A stretch of 46,283 nt of DNA from an uncultured bacterium (GTDB lineage: Bacteria; Verrucomicrobiota; Verrucomicrobiia; Limisphaerales; UBA8199). Below are positions 45,507 through 46,283 of the stretch, one piece after another. Below the pieces are notes generated by a model. It searched no databases. It worked only from the letters and a program-made list of their open reading frames with translations, and was not told the DNA's origin. The translations under genes and the position numbers were made by a program. The stretch is taken from positions 1 to 46,283 of the forward strand of contig CAVVMW010000026.1 in NCBI GenBank assembly GCA_963749495.1. The letters are read 5' to 3'. Within the stretch, counting starts at the first letter, position 1. Every line of letters begins with the position of its first letter.

Positions 45507-46283
45507 TTGCTTTGAAAACTGGCTTGGGAATCCAGTTGAGGCAGGGCCAGGGCTTTGCGCAGGGCGGCCACGGCAATGCGCTGGTCGGCCTGGGCCTCGG
45601 CGCGGCGCACCCGGGCAGCAACCAGCGCGGTCTCGGCGTCCATCAACTGCGTTGCCAGCGCCAGGCCCTGCTCGAAACGGCCCCGGGTGAGGTCCGCGCT
45701 CTCCGCGGCCTGCGCGACGACTTGCTCTGTGACGGCCAGGCGCTCGCTTGCGGCTTTGAGTTCCAGCCGCGCCTGCTCGACTTCCAGATCCAGCGCCAGG
45801 CGCAGCTTGCGCTCTTCCTCGCGCGCAGACTCCAGGTTTGCTTCCGCCTCCCGGACTTTGGCCCGCGTGAGCCTGCCGTCCCAAATGTCCCACTGCGCCA
45901 GGGCGCCGGCGGTGTAGCTCTTGCCGTCGCTGTTGTATCTTGTCCCGTAATCGTAATCCACGCTGCCAAAGGCGCTCACGCGCGGGAGATAGCCGCTTTT
46001 GGCGCTGCGCACCTGCTCCTGGGCGGCGCGCTCGCGCTGGCGGGCTGCGGCCAGCTCGGCCCTCGTCGAGAAATCCGCGGACTCTGGCGCCCTGGCGACC
46101 GGTGCGGTGTCGGCCACCGCGAACTCGCCTCCCTCGATGCCCAGGAGGTTGCGCAAGGCCCGCTCGGCCAGGGCGTTGGAATTCCGGGCGCGGACCAGGT
46201 CCTCGCGCGCCTGGGCCAGGCGGACTTCAATATCCAGCACATCGGCCTTGAGCAAGGTGCCGCCCTCCAGGCGCTTGCGGGCG
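45503..46283 (-). CDS. TolC family outer membrane factor, 5'-partial
   Basis: AKSGYLPRVSAFG, WDIWDG, RFEQGLA; overlaps the MFP start. Confidence 0.9.
   Translation of the reverse strand, partial: ARKRLEGGTLLKADVLDIEVRLAQAREDLVRARNSNALAERALRNLLGIEGGEFAVADTAPVARAPESADFSTRAELAAARQRERAAQEQVRSAKSGYLPRVSAFGSVDYDYGTRYNSDGKSYTAGALAQWDIWDGRLTRAKVREAEANLESAREEERKLRLALDLEVEQARLELKAASERLAVTEQVVAQAAESADLTRGRFEQGLALATQLMDAETALVAARVRRAEAQADQRIAVAALRKALALPQLDSQASFQSK

Overview
GC-rich bacterial window. Gene content (GloVer-type repeat protein, kinase-linked ECF sigma factors, heptamer intergenic repeats, many secreted CAZymes) suggests Verrucomicrobiota/PVC; this is an inference. 1-20.9 kb is mostly carbohydrate-active enzymes (GH5, GH29, GH42, GH71/99-like, GH63-like, beta-propeller GHs), a DUF433/PIN toxin-antitoxin pair, a Zn alcohol dehydrogenase, a transglutaminase-like protein, an MtfA-type peptidase and a Gfo/Idh/MocA oxidoreductase. 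Many frameshifts here may be sequencing or assembly errors. 21.0-25.2 kb is the most interesting part: an IS91-family transposase remnant whose ori-like end is interrupted by an apparently complete ORF-less group II intron-like RNA (21916-22732) with a non-canonical domain V. It is followed by an orphan Cys-rich gene, a second 5'-truncated copy of the same RNA ending at 23908, and a second orphan gene, giving an intron-delimited, cassette-like array. 25-37 kb is a patchwork of gene fragments (split RAYT-like transposase, duplicated ECF stubs, a kinase stub) around an ECF/Ser-Thr kinase pair and a CxxCH/temptin-like repeat protein. 37.9-39.3 kb is a solitary tyrosine integrase. 40.5-46.3 kb is a TolC-MFP-RND efflux operon. 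No rRNA, tRNA or CRISPR array was seen. All family calls come from motif recognition by eye, not from database searches.
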